Numbered from the stretch's first letter, positions 1 to 9,078 are shown. The stretch is DNA of 64,000 bases from Polyangiaceae bacterium (GCA_050287085.1 JBNKBE010000001.1:288001-352000), one strand, 5' to 3'. Numbers and translations: made by a program. The notes: generated by a model from the letters alone, not told the origin.

Positions 1-1065
1 CCCGCGATCTAGCTCGCCCGCCTTCAGACGCAGGCGCGTCTGCTCGCGATCGGTATATATCGGAAAACGCAGTTCGCGAATCGCCGGATGATCTCCATAG
101 AACTGCTCATTGCGCTTGATAACGATACGCGACCCCGGCACGTATTCGGTCATCGTGTAGGGGCCGATGCCGAGCATGCCTTTAGCAGCAAACCAGTGCT
201 GGTTGATACGCAGCCCCAGCGTCGCTTCGTCCATGGGCTTGCCCGCCTCGTCAAAGGCGAATATGTGCCGGGGTAGAGGCTGCAGACTAAGCGCGAGCTC
301 CGTGTTCGCGTAGGCCTTCTTCTTGAACCGCAACTGAAGGGTGTAGTCGTCCAACGCCTTCCAGCTCTCCAGATCTTCGTAGTAATTCTTGGCGAAGCCG
401 TTTTCGACCTGAGGGTTCATCAGCATGTCCAGGTAGAACACGAAGTCTTGGCTGGTGAGCGGGCGAGTGCCCTTCAGCCACGCGTACTGCGCGTCCTGGA
501 GGGGCAGCATGACCGGCTCTGGCCACTCCACACCCCGCCGCAGATAGATTGTGAACTCCTTGGCGTCGTCGGTGACCTCCACGCGACACGCGAGCTCCCC
601 ATACCAGGTGTCAGGATCGCTGAACCGGTTTCGTGAGGCCAACGAGGTCGAGGTATAGTGAGCCAGCACACTGACCTCTGCGGCATTCACTGTGAGCGGG
701 TTGAAGCTCACAGGATCGCCGGAGTCCCAGCCCACGGAGAGCGCCCCGTCCCTCGGAGCTCCGGGGGGCGGCCAACGTGTCTGCTGCTCACCCAATAGAT
801 TCTTCACTTCGGGATGCAACACGTTTTCGACAGCACACCCACGCTGACTCGCTGGCGCCGCAGTGGTGGTCCCGACCGACACGCCGCCAGACGACAGCTT
901 CGCCTCCATGCGCTCAGTAACCTCACCCAAGGCGCGAATCGCCCCCTCCTGTTGGATGAGTCGCTGCTCGATCGCATCGAGCGCGAAGAGGGAGAAACCT
1001 GCGAGAAGCACCAGCACTGCGAGAGCGCCGGTCACAAACCAGTTGATTGAGTTGGATCGGGGCAT
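1..1065 (-). CDS. ABC transporter substrate-binding protein, peptide/nickel family 5 (OppA/DppA-like); runs off window start
   Basis: Missing from the ORF track (no stop in window). Manual translation from ATG 1065: MPRSNSINWFVTGALAVLVLLAGFSLFAL...DPVSFNPL...GELACRVEVTDDAKEFTIYLRRGVEW...LTSQDFVFYLDMLMNP...GIGPYTMTEYVPGSRIVIKRNEQFYG, typical SBP_bac_5 motifs. Confidence 0.88.
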   Translation of the reverse strand, partial: MPRSNSINWFVTGALAVLVLLAGFSLFALDAIEQRLIQQEGAIRALGEVTERMEAKLSSGGVSVGTTTAAPASQRGCAVENVLHPEVKNLLGEQQTRWPPPGAPRDGALSVGWDSGDPVSFNPLTVNAAEVSVLAHYTSTSLASRNRFSDPDTWYGELACRVEVTDDAKEFTIYLRRGVEWPEPVMLPLQDAQYAWLKGTRPLTSQDFVFYLDMLMNPQVENGFAKNYYEDLESWKALDDYTLQLRFKKKAYANTELALSLQPLPRHIFAFDEAGKPMDEATLGLRINQHWFAAKGMLGIGPYTMTEYVPGSRIVIKRNEQFYGDHPAIRELRFPIYTDREQTRLRLKAGELDRG

Positions 1066-1150
1066 GCGGTCTTGTGTGAACTAGATGCGAAGTCGGGGGC
1101 GAGTGGCGATCGAATCAGAGGTAGAGGTCAAGCGAGAATAGTGACAGTGG

Positions 1151-2596
1151 CTACAAGGAGATACCAAACTCGCCCCCCAACCCCAGTGCAAACACGACGA
1201 CACCCCCGCCGTTGCCGCTTGGAAGGTTGCGCGTCCGCTCGCCCAGATCGCCCAGGGCGCCCCCTGAGCTCAAACATTCGTTCGGAGAATAGGTTACCTT
1301 GGAAGGCTCGAAGCCGAGGGTGAGCGCAGCGTAGGGCTGCACTCGAAACCAGCTCGCCAAGGGTGTGTTGACCCCTCCGACGAGGCGCAGTCCAGCACCG
1401 CTTGCCGCGATCGACAGGTCACCGGGCTGAGTGCCGCAGTAGTTGGTGCTCCGGTGCTTGAATGCCAGGCGCTGATCGACAACAACACCCAGCTCGCCAA
1501 ACGCCCCCGTGACATGCCGGGCAGAGCCTACCACCAGCGAGATCCCCGCCGTCCGCAATTCAGGCTCCGCGGGCTCCGTCTCGAAGCCGCGGCTCGCAAA
1601 CGGTTGGTAGCCGGACTTGGCTCGAAAGCCGTTCCCTTCAACGAATAGGTTGAAGCCCAAGCGATGAAGGCCCCACCAACGGATGGGCCATTCCAGGGCA
1701 GCAACTAAGCTCAACTGAAGCCCAGCCCCGAAGAGCGAAGCGACGCGCCGGCTCGTCGACTCCATCGGGGCCGCCACTTCAGCGGGCAAGGTTCCTGCCG
1801 GAAAGGCGAGCCCCGCGCGTAGTCCAAGACCGAGAACGGGGCGGGGCTTCGGGGTCGAGGGGGTCGAGGGGGTCGAGGGGGTCGGTGGCGCGACGCGCTC
1901 CGGCGACAATGCGGTGGTCGCCTTCTCGGGCAACCGTTCCAACACCACAACGTGCTCAGTCCGCGTCTTGGGTTGCAGGGTCAGCTCTGCTTGATGGGTC
2001 ACGAACCCTGGCAGTCTGACTTCCAATTGGTGTGCCCCAGGATTCGTAGGACGAGCGAGCCCCAAAGCCTCAAGCGGATAGGGCACGCCGTCCAAAGTGA
2101 CATCGAGGCCCGGCTGTCCGCTGGGCTGCACGCGAGTTACGAGCTGCGGGATCTCGGGATCGAGCTCCGCCAGTTCAGCCCGCGCCTGCGCTATCGCCCG
2201 CGCAAATGCCGGCGGCTCTGAGGCATCGCTTTCGGCAAGTCCGAGCGAGCGAAACAGTTCAGCTGCTTCAACCCACTGTCCCAGCTGGCGCCGGCAACGA
2301 GCAATGTACAAGAGGTGCGGCGGCGCGGCGTAGAGCGCTTGGGCCCGCTCGAGCAGCGCCAGCGCCGACGCGTATTGGCCCGCGCGGTACTCTTCGATAC
2401 CGCGCTTGGCGGCCTCGCGGGCCGTCGCCTTGTCCTGAGCGGAGATCCCCCCCGGAGGCTCGGCCGCGGCCAGGGCTGGGACCCCGAGCCTCCCCAGGAC
2501 GGCGCATGACACCAGAAGCAAAGCCGCCACGCGGGGCCGCGACAAGACGCGCACTCGCAGCCAATAGCAGTAAAAACGCGGGGCCGCTTCGCTCAT
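1151..2596 (-). CDS. TPR + PEGA-like domain secreted protein (myxobacterial type)
   Basis: Signal-like segment, TPR-like helices (GIEEYRAGQYASALALLERAQALYAAPPHLLYIARC), PEGA-like VTLDG...NPGAHQLEVRLPGF, Pro/Ser/Thr linker, beta-rich C-terminus. Confidence 0.7.
   Translation of the reverse strand: MSEAAPRFYCYWLRVRVLSRPRVAALLLVSCAVLGRLGVPALAAAEPPGGISAQDKATAREAAKRGIEEYRAGQYASALALLERAQALYAAPPHLLYIARCRRQLGQWVEAAELFRSLGLAESDASEPPAFARAIAQARAELAELDPEIPQLVTRVQPSGQPGLDVTLDGVPYPLEALGLARPTNPGAHQLEVRLPGFVTHQAELTLQPKTRTEHVVVLERLPEKATTALSPERVAPPTPSTPSTPSTPKPRPVLGLGLRAGLAFPAGTLPAEVAAPMESTSRRVASLFGAGLQLSLVAALEWPIRWWGLHRLGFNLFVEGNGFRAKSGYQPFASRGFETEPAEPELRTAGISLVVGSARHVTGAFGELGVVVDQRLAFKHRSTNYCGTQPGDLSIAASGAGLRLVGGVNTPLASWFRVQPYAALTLGFEPSKVTYSPNECLSSGGALGDLGERTRNLPSGNGGGVVVFALGLGGEFGISL
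1851..1884. repeat. 9-bp tandem repeat (GGGGTCGAG x3+) encoding a PST linker
   Basis: Direct reading; translates to PTPSTPSTPSTP on the minus strand. Confidence 0.85.
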
Positions 2597-2944
2597 CCGC
2601 GCCCCCGGGGCAGACCCTGCGCCGCGGAGCCCTGCTTGCGTCCAGCACGATGGTGTATCAGCTCTTTCAAAGCAGCCTCAGAACCCGCTCGGCGGGCGCC
2701 CGGCAGTATCGTACGATCCACGTTTGCCGTCTACTTTCGGCTATTTGTCGACAGTGTCGGGGCTGGACCCAGGGACCGGCGCTGCCTCTCGACTTTTCCG
2801 ACCCCACGCGAAGTGCTCCCGCGCTCGAGATGGATTCACCCCTCAGCCGGGGGACAAGCCGCCCAAGAGGGCCTCGGTGCGGACGGCGCCCAGGTGCTCG
2901 GTCCAGCGCTTTAGGGCGCGGCGGGGCGCGCCGTAGATCCGGCC

Positions 2945-3229
2945 ATGCTGAAGCGCGCCCTTTCCGGGACGGCACCCGCCCTGCTAGCGCTCTTGCTGGG
3001 GGCTACCGCGGCGACAGCCAGCGCGCCGCCATGCACCGAACTCGGGGTGCAAAAGTGCAACACGGACTGTCAGCTGCGCTACACCGAATGCTTGCTGGAC
3101 TGCGATGCCGACGTGCCTTGTGAAGAAGCCTGCGTCGAACAGAATAAACAGTGCGTCGCCGGCTGCACACCTTCACCGACACCAGTACCTAGCACTTCAG
3201 GCCCCGAGACCCCACCGCCATCACCTTGA
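2945..3229 (+). CDS. Small secreted Cys-rich protein (four Cx3C motifs)
   Basis: Signal peptide ending ATASA, 9 Cys in 45 aa, Pro/Thr tail. Confidence 0.65.
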   Translation: MLKRALSGTAPALLALLLGATAATASAPPCTELGVQKCNTDCQLRYTECLLDCDADVPCEEACVEQNKQCVAGCTPSPTPVPSTSGPETPPPSP

Positions 3230-3270
3230 AATCGCCCCCACGCGCCGTCCATGGCATAGGATGAGCCGTC

Positions 3271-3825
3271 ATGTTCCGCCGACATTGCGCGTCGTCCCTG
3301 CTTGGACCGAAATCCCCCCCTTCGCGCTCCATTCGTGGGTGGAGGGCAAGACGCTTCCCTCCCGCCGCACTGCTTGTTCTCGCCTTCCAGCTCGCGGCGT
3401 GTACAGCCCGCACCCCAAGGACGGCATCAAACGCTGAGGACGACGTCCCTCCTTCCGCCGGAGCTCAGTGCTTGAAGGACGCGGCCGCGGAGCGAAGGCC
3501 ACCGGAAAGCGCAGCGAGACGGATCCACGTCGCTCACATTCTGGTGCGTCATGCTGAGCTCAAAGAAGCACAAGGGGCCAGGCGCACACGAGTCCAAGCT
3601 TGCCTCCGCGCGCTCGCAGCCCTCGATGCACTGGCTGAACCCGACGCGAACTTCGATGCCGTGGCCGCGACCTTCTCCGACTCGAAGAGCGCCGACCTCG
3701 GATGGATCCACGCCGAGGACGTGACGCCCGCCTTCGCTGCGGCCGCCTTTGAGCTAGAGGCGCGAGAGGCCAGCTACGTCGTCGAGACGGATCGCGGCTT
3801 CCACATCATCGTAAGGAAAGAGTAG
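3271..3825 (+). CDS. Parvulin/PpiC-type peptidyl-prolyl isomerase, probable lipoprotein (true start may be downstream)
   Basis: HVAHILVRH, FDAVAATFSD, DLGW, FAAAAFEL, VETDRGFHII; LAAC lipobox. Confidence 0.85.
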   Translation: MFRRHCASSLLGPKSPPSRSIRGWRARRFPPAALLVLAFQLAACTARTPRTASNAEDDVPPSAGAQCLKDAAAERRPPESAARRIHVAHILVRHAELKEAQGARRTRVQACLRALAALDALAEPDANFDAVAATFSDSKSADLGWIHAEDVTPAFAAAAFELEAREASYVVETDRGFHIIVRKE

Positions 3826-4586
3826 TGAGCAAACCCCAAGCACGTGGCGGGTCAGCCGCGCAGAAACGCTGCGCCGATGCGCTGGTTCGCATCAGTCGCC
3901 GCCTCGCCAGCGCTGTCGATGAACTGCACTTCGACGCGCCCATCACTCACGTCTACAGCCCGCTCGTCTATGCCCGGGCGGCTCATGAACAATACCTAAC
4001 AACCTGGGGCTGGCCCCCCAAGGAAGTCTTGCTGCTAGGAATGAACCCAGGGCCCTTCGGCATGGCGCAGACCGGCGTCCCCTTCGGCGAGGTGAGCGCC
4101 GTCCAGGGCTTTCTCGGCCTCGAGGCAGCGGTCGGCAAACCTGCCACGGAGCACCCCAAGCGGCCGGTCGAGGGCTTCGCATGCACCCGTAGCGAGGTGA
4201 GCGGTAGGCGCTTGTGGGGCTGGGCGCAGGATCGTTTCGAGGGTCCGGGCCGCTTCTTCGAACGCTTTTTTGTACACAACTACTGCCCGCTCGTCTTCAT
4301 GGTGACGACCGGAGCCAACTTCACCCCCGATAAGCTGCCCAAGCTGGAGCGTGAAGCGCTCTTCGCGGCGTGCGATGTGGCCTTGGCCGATACGGTGGCC
4401 GCGCTGCGTCCGCGATGGGTGCTTGGAGTCGGCAAGTTTGCAGAAAAACGGGCCAAGGCCGTACTCGGCCACTTGCCTGTCGAAATCGGCTCGATTCTGC
4501 ACCCGAGTCCAGCGAGCCCCGCTGCGAATCGAGGGTGGTCCGAGGCGATCGAAACACAACTGCACGACTACGGGATCGTACTTTGA
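3825..4586 (+). CDS. SMUG1-type (family 3) single-strand-selective uracil-DNA glycosylase
   Basis: GMNPGPFGMAQTGVPFG, RSEVSGRRLW, NYCPL, HPSPASP motifs. Confidence 0.93.
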   Translation: MSKPQARGGSAAQKRCADALVRISRRLASAVDELHFDAPITHVYSPLVYARAAHEQYLTTWGWPPKEVLLLGMNPGPFGMAQTGVPFGEVSAVQGFLGLEAAVGKPATEHPKRPVEGFACTRSEVSGRRLWGWAQDRFEGPGRFFERFFVHNYCPLVFMVTTGANFTPDKLPKLEREALFAACDVALADTVAALRPRWVLGVGKFAEKRAKAVLGHLPVEIGSILHPSPASPAANRGWSEAIETQLHDYGIVL

Positions 4587-4772
4587 GCTTCGCGGCGTTC
4601 CGACCTTGGGGCATGCGAGGGGAAAGTCGGTCGCGCGCCGTCGAGACCGCCGCACAGTGACGAGCCCGACCGCCACGGCAAGTAGATCGGCCGGCGGAGT
4701 ATGGCTTCCCGGCTCGAGGGCCCTGGCTCGTAGCAGTGGCCGAAAGCCCCTGGGTGAACTAGGCTATCAGTC

Positions 4773-5276
4773 ATGATCGAGAAGGAAATCTCGCATATCT
4801 TCGATATCGACCCGGCGAGCTATTGGACCCGATTGTTCTTCAATCAGGAGTACAACGAAGCGCTATTTCTCGGCCGGCTGAAGTTCGAAGCGTGGAAGGT
4901 CGAAAGTCAAGAGGAGGACTCGCAACAGATCCGCCGTGTGGTGTATGCGGTCCCCCCCATGCCCGACTTGCCAGGGCCTTTGCGCAAGGTCCTCAAAGAC
5001 GGCCTGGGCTACCGCGAACGTGGCGTCTTCGACAAGGCGGAGCAGCGCTACCGCACCACCATCGAAACGGCTTCGCTCGCCGACAAGGTCCACGTCTCCG
5101 GTGTCACGCGTACAGAGGCCCGAGGGGATGGTCACTGCGCCCGGATTCACCGCGTCAACGCTGAGGCCAAGATCTTCGGCGTCGGTGGCCTCCTCGAGTC
5201 TCGACTCGTGCACGATCTGGAACGGAGCTATGAAAAAGCAGCCGTGTTCAGCAACCAATGGTTGCTGAAGCATTAG
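4773..5276 (+). CDS. DUF2505-like (START/SRPBCC fold) protein
   Basis: 167 aa, C-terminal KIFGVGGLLESRLVHDLERSY pattern of DUF2505 proteins. Confidence 0.7.
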   Translation: MIEKEISHIFDIDPASYWTRLFFNQEYNEALFLGRLKFEAWKVESQEEDSQQIRRVVYAVPPMPDLPGPLRKVLKDGLGYRERGVFDKAEQRYRTTIETASLADKVHVSGVTRTEARGDGHCARIHRVNAEAKIFGVGGLLESRLVHDLERSYEKAAVFSNQWLLKH

Positions 5277-5531
5277 GGCCCGCGGAGGGGTGACGCCTAG
5301 GATGACCGGTGTCGAGCTCTCGCGGTCCGAGCAGAGTGGGTGACCCGCCAAGACACGCTCGCGACGCTCCGTCACACCGAATCCCGTCGGGATCCAAGAA
5401 AGGGCGCACCTCCGCGTTGGCCCGAGCCGCTCACGCGCGAGGTTGGCGGTAGGCTCGAGTCGCGTCCGGGTCCTCGGCCAAGCGCAGGAAGAAGGACGGG
5501 CAAAGGGGCGCACTGCGAATTTCGACCGAGA

Positions 5532-5568
5532 GATGATTTGGCGATGATTTGGCGATGATTTGGCGATG
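5532..5568 (+). repeat. 11-bp tandem repeat GATGATTTGGC x3.4 overlapping the ECF -35 element
   Basis: Direct reading of 5532-5568. Confidence 0.9.
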
Positions 5569-5579
5569 CCCTGGGAGTC
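5553..5579 (+). promoter_or_regulatory. Putative SigG/ECF56-type promoter CGATGA-N18-GTC upstream of doxX-sigma operon
   Basis: CGATGA 5553-5558, exactly 18 nt, GTC 5577-5579; same motif and spacing at 7061-7087. Confidence 0.7.
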
Positions 5580-5608
5580 TCATCCCCAAACGACCCTTTG
5601 GAGCCTCC

Positions 5609-6061
5609 ATGAATACGACTTTCGCCAATTCGAGTTCCCCCCCCGGTCGCCCCGCTTCAGTTTGGGCAGGGCGCGTGATGAGTGGCCAGGTTTCATTGTT
5701 CTTGGCCTGGGACGCTGGCATCAAACTGACGAGGCACCCGATGGCTGTTCAGGGGATGGCCGACCTGGGTTTGCCAGCCTATACGCTGCTCATCGCTGGA
5801 CTGCTCGCGGCGGCCTGCTTGGTTCTGTACCTGGTCCCACGCACGGCGGTGCTCGGGTGCATCCTCTGGACCGGATATTTGGGAGGCGCGATCGCCGTTC
5901 ATCTGAGAGCGGACAACCCGCTGTTTTCGCACACACTGTTTCCCCTCTACGTTGCTGTGTTTCTTTGGGGCGGGTTGGCGCTTCGCGATAGCCGGGTAAT
6001 GGCACTGCTCCGCAGCCCCGAGCGACCCGATTCGAGCTCCGAGGCGCAGATGGAGAAGTGA
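5609..6061 (+). CDS. DoxX family membrane protein
   Basis: LYLVPRTAVLGCILWTGYLGGAIAVHLR...HTLFPLYVAVFLWGGLALRD; GGAG RBS before ATG 5609. Confidence 0.88.
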   Translation: MNTTFANSSSPPGRPASVWAGRVMSGQVSLFLAWDAGIKLTRHPMAVQGMADLGLPAYTLLIAGLLAAACLVLYLVPRTAVLGCILWTGYLGGAIAVHLRADNPLFSHTLFPLYVAVFLWGGLALRDSRVMALLRSPERPDSSSEAQMEK

Positions 6062-6093
6062 TCCAAACGCTGCTGTGATACTTTGGTGTCTGT

Positions 6094-7035
6094 ATGTACG
6101 ACGTATCTGATATGGAGCGGCACCGACCGCTCTTGACGGGTCACTGCTATCGAATGCTGGGCTCGGTCTTCGATGCCGACGATGCCGTGCAAGAAACGCT
6201 CGTCCGAGCCTGGCGTAGCCGTGAGAACTTCGAGGGTCGCTCCGCACTTGCCTCGTGGCTGTACCGCATTGCTACGAATGTGTGCCTTGACTTGTTGACG
6301 GAGCGCAAGCGTCGCGCCCGTCCCGTGGAGGAACGCCCCGCAGGCACGATCGGTGAACCCCTCATGACGCGTCCTTCGGAGGAATGGTTGGAGCCCATTC
6401 CCGATGGCGACGTCGTGCCCGCGGAGGCGGATCCACACGTGGCCGCCGTACTGCGACAGAGCACGCGCCTAGCTTTCGTCTCGGCCTTGCAGCGCCTTAC
6501 AGGTAAACAGCGCGCCGCCTTGCTCCTCGTGGACGTGCTCGATTTTTCTGCCAAGGAGGCCGCGGAGTGTCTGAAGCTCAGCATACCGGCGGTCAACAGC
6601 GCGTTGCAGCGTGCTCGCTCGTGCGTTGGAGAGGGCGCACTCTCGTCGGTGGATTCCCTCACCAACGAGCAAACAGCGCTGGTCGCGCGCTACGTCGAGG
6701 CCTTTGAGGCCTTTGACATCGACAGGCTGGTGACCTTGCTTCACCGCGATGCTCATCTGTCCATGCCGCCCTACAGTTTCTGGGTTAAGGGCCCGACCGA
6801 CATTCATCGCTGGCTCGTAGGGCCAGGTGCGGGTTGTCGCGGGTCGCGGCTCTTGGCGACCAGTGCCTGCGGACTGCCTGCGTTCGGGCAGTACCGCCAA
6901 GACGCGAGCGGTGGATACAAGCCCTGGGCTTTGATCGTGCTCGAGCTCGACGGTGACCGGATCAACGGCATCAACAACTATCTCGATTCGGAGAAGCTCT
7001 TCCCTCGCTTCGGCCTTCCCATGCACCTGGAATGA
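6094..7035 (+). CDS. ECF sigma-70 factor with C-terminal SnoaL-like extension (SigG/ECF56-like)
   Basis: HCYRMLGSVFDADDAVQETLVRAWR, WLYRIATNVCLD, region 4 VNSALQRAR, SnoaL-like tail with SMPPY and LFPRFGLP. Confidence 0.9.
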   Translation: MYDVSDMERHRPLLTGHCYRMLGSVFDADDAVQETLVRAWRSRENFEGRSALASWLYRIATNVCLDLLTERKRRARPVEERPAGTIGEPLMTRPSEEWLEPIPDGDVVPAEADPHVAAVLRQSTRLAFVSALQRLTGKQRAALLLVDVLDFSAKEAAECLKLSIPAVNSALQRARSCVGEGALSSVDSLTNEQTALVARYVEAFEAFDIDRLVTLLHRDAHLSMPPYSFWVKGPTDIHRWLVGPGAGCRGSRLLATSACGLPAFGQYRQDASGGYKPWALIVLELDGDRINGINNYLDSEKLFPRFGLPMHLE

Positions 7036-7060
7036 GTCGAGTTCTTTCTTGCGACGATGC

Positions 7061-7087
7061 CGATGAATTCGTCGCGTTTGTTGAGTC
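7061..7087 (+). promoter_or_regulatory. Putative SigG/ECF56-type promoter CGATGA-N18-GTC upstream of VOC gene
   Basis: CGATGA 7061-7066, 18 nt, GTC 7085-7087; both copies share GAGTC. Confidence 0.7.
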
Positions 7088-7138
7088 GAAAGGGAGAGGG
7101 CGCAATGAGCGGCCTTCTTCAGAAAGGACTCCAAGACA

Positions 7139-7582
7139 ATGACTATGATTGAATCTGCAACACCCTACCTCATGCTCAACGGTCAGGGGAAACGCGCTCT
7201 TGCTCTGTATGCCGAGACCCTCGGAGCCCGCGTCGAGACCCTCCAGCACTTTGGCGACATCGACGATAGCTGCGACGAGGCGCAAAGAGGCATGATCATG
7301 CATGCGGCGCTGCGCATCGGTGACGCGCTGCTGATGATGAGCGATGGCCCCAAAGAAGCTACGCGCGCCCAAGCGTCGCCGGTTCCCGTTACCGTCAGTG
7401 TGGCTCTAGACTTCAGCGAACGCGAAGAGCTACGCCGATGCTTCGATGCTCTCGCCAAGACCGGCGCCACTGTCGTCCCAGTGACGGACGCACCGTGGGG
7501 TCTATTTGGCGCTTTGCAAGACGAACTCGGCGTGCACTGGATGTTCAATTGTGGCAACGACAGCCAAGTCGCGAAAGACTGA
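7139..7582 (+). CDS. VOC/glyoxalase family protein (PhnB-like)
   Basis: TPYLMLNG, IMHAALRIG, MMSD, PWGLFGALQDELGVHWMFN. Confidence 0.9.
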   Translation: MTMIESATPYLMLNGQGKRALALYAETLGARVETLQHFGDIDDSCDEAQRGMIMHAALRIGDALLMMSDGPKEATRAQASPVPVTVSVALDFSEREELRRCFDALAKTGATVVPVTDAPWGLFGALQDELGVHWMFNCGNDSQVAKD

Positions 7583-7827
7583 GTCTTGCGGCAGGGCGGC
7601 TCGGCGTTCACGGTGATGTGGCGAGGGCGCGTAGTCGGCCCCGGTTCTGTTGGCGCCGAAGCCGAACACCGTGGAGGCATCGGCGCCAAGGCTCGCATTC
7701 CACCTCATCGGAGTCACTCGGTATGTGACCGCGAATGTGCTCTGGACGCTGGCGGTATTGCGAGGCGCCATAACGCAGGGGCATCGGCGACACTCGGGAA
7801 CAGAAAGTCCAAGCACTCGACCCTTCG

Positions 7828-7911
7828 GGCTAACAGGTATGAGCGTCGGACGAGCCCTCGGTCGCGACGCTCCCTCACCCTTGTCGACCCTCAAACGCCA
7901 CTTCGTTGGAC
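7828..7911 (-). mobile_element. Degenerate attC-like integron cassette recombination site (84 bp)
   Basis: Minus strand GTCCAAC (RYYYAAC) 11 bp after the SPase stop ... GTTAGCC; arms TGAGGGTCGAC / GTCCGACGCTCA pair with one bulge and one mismatch. Confidence 0.5.
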
Positions 7912-7922
7912 GGCCCAGCGTG

Positions 7923-9078
7923 TCATTTCCGCGCATCGGAGAGCTTTTCTTGCACGCAGTCTCTGTACGGCGCCTGAAAGTCGAAGGGAAGCGATGCGAC
8001 GTCGGGTTCGGAAATGCTGAGTGTCGCTCTGTCGAATGGGAACCAAAGCGCCGTCACCTCACCGATGACATTCTCGACTGGTACCCCCCCGCCCCTCCTG
8101 TGATTCCAAGAACGCGAGTCGTAGCTATTGAGTCGATTGTCACCAACGACGAACAGCTCCCCTTCCTGTACCTCAAACCGCCGCTCCGGCTGACCGTAGG
8201 GCCATTCGAGGGTCTCATCGACGAACGTGAGGAAGGCGGTACCGTCCAGCGCTTCGAGATAGACGCGGCCGTCACTGCCGTCGACGTTCATGCGCCCCAA
8301 CTTGCATCGTCGAAGAGGCACGTCGTTTACGAAGAGTTCCCCATCGCGTTCGACTACATTGTCTCCTGGAAGCCCAATCACTCGCTTCACGAGTCGGACG
8401 TCGGAAGATGGAGCGACAAAGACGACTACGTCTCCTCGATTGGGCAGGTGGTTCAAGTACGCAAGGTTGTAGACCCAGGCATGATCACCAACCATCAAAG
8501 TGGGCGCCATGCCGCCCGCCGGGATCTTGACAGCCTCTAGAACGGCGGACAGCATCATGGCAGGGACCACAAGTGAGGCGAGTGGCAAAGCACCGGCGAG
8601 CACTCCGCGCCATCGTGTGACGGGGACACACACAGAAATCGCAAGGGCGGTTAGCCCCCAGCGCCACGGTTCAGCCACGAATGGGCCCAGTACCGGAACA
8701 GGCGCAAAAACGAGCGGCGCTGTGGCCCAAGCAAAGCAAGAGAAGATTCGCTTGAAACCCACTGCCACGCCAGTCAAGCGAAGCAGTCCAACGGCAACTG
8801 TGGAGAGCATCGGCAGAATCACCAGCGTACGGACAAGCGCACTGAGGGCGCCACCAACGAGGATGCGTTGAATCGAAGTGGGCTCAAAACAGAGCTACCC
8901 CCGCGCTTCCAGCAACTGAGCTGAATATGTGAACTGCGAGCGCGAACTTGAGCGGAGTTACGGCTACTCGCGTGGTTGTTGAGCACTCCAGGAACGTCCT
9001 GGGCCTGCGGATGAGCATCCACCACAGGGCTCCGAACGAAGCAGTGGAGTCCTTGGGATGCCTCAGGTTCTCGGCCAT
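7923..9078 (-). pseudogene. Yip1-like membrane domain + signal peptidase I (S26) fusion; frameshifted near 8886, catalytic Ser replaced by Gly
   Basis: ORF 9078-8884 (WWMLIRRPRTFLE) ends CTG TTT TGA G; a +1 shift continues FEPTSIQRILVGG...VILPML into 8822-7923. VKRVIGLPGD and GDNRLNSYDSR are present, but IPAGGMAPTL replaces IPSGSMxPTL. Confidence 0.72.

Noticed and set aside
5532..5568. CRISPR-like array
   Set aside because: Head-to-tail 11-bp units without spacers; no cas genes or repeat-spacer arrays anywhere in the window
7650..7790. Hairpin TTGGCGCCGA...TCGGCGCCAA and repeated GGCATCGGCG as a third attC
   Set aside because: No properly paired R''/R' cores with L boxes; may be remnants but cannot be supported
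7650..8540. 296-aa plus-strand ORF and other long antisense ORFs (e.g. 18159-19082, 28962-30128, 37894-38991, 58758-59606)
   Set aside because: Shadow ORFs opposite well-supported genes, expected at high GC; no motifs
8880..8905. prfB-like programmed +1 frameshift (GGGGG...TTT TGA G)
   Set aside because: The SD-like run is 8 nt from the shift codon rather than about 3, and the independent loss of the catalytic Ser favours decay or an assembly error
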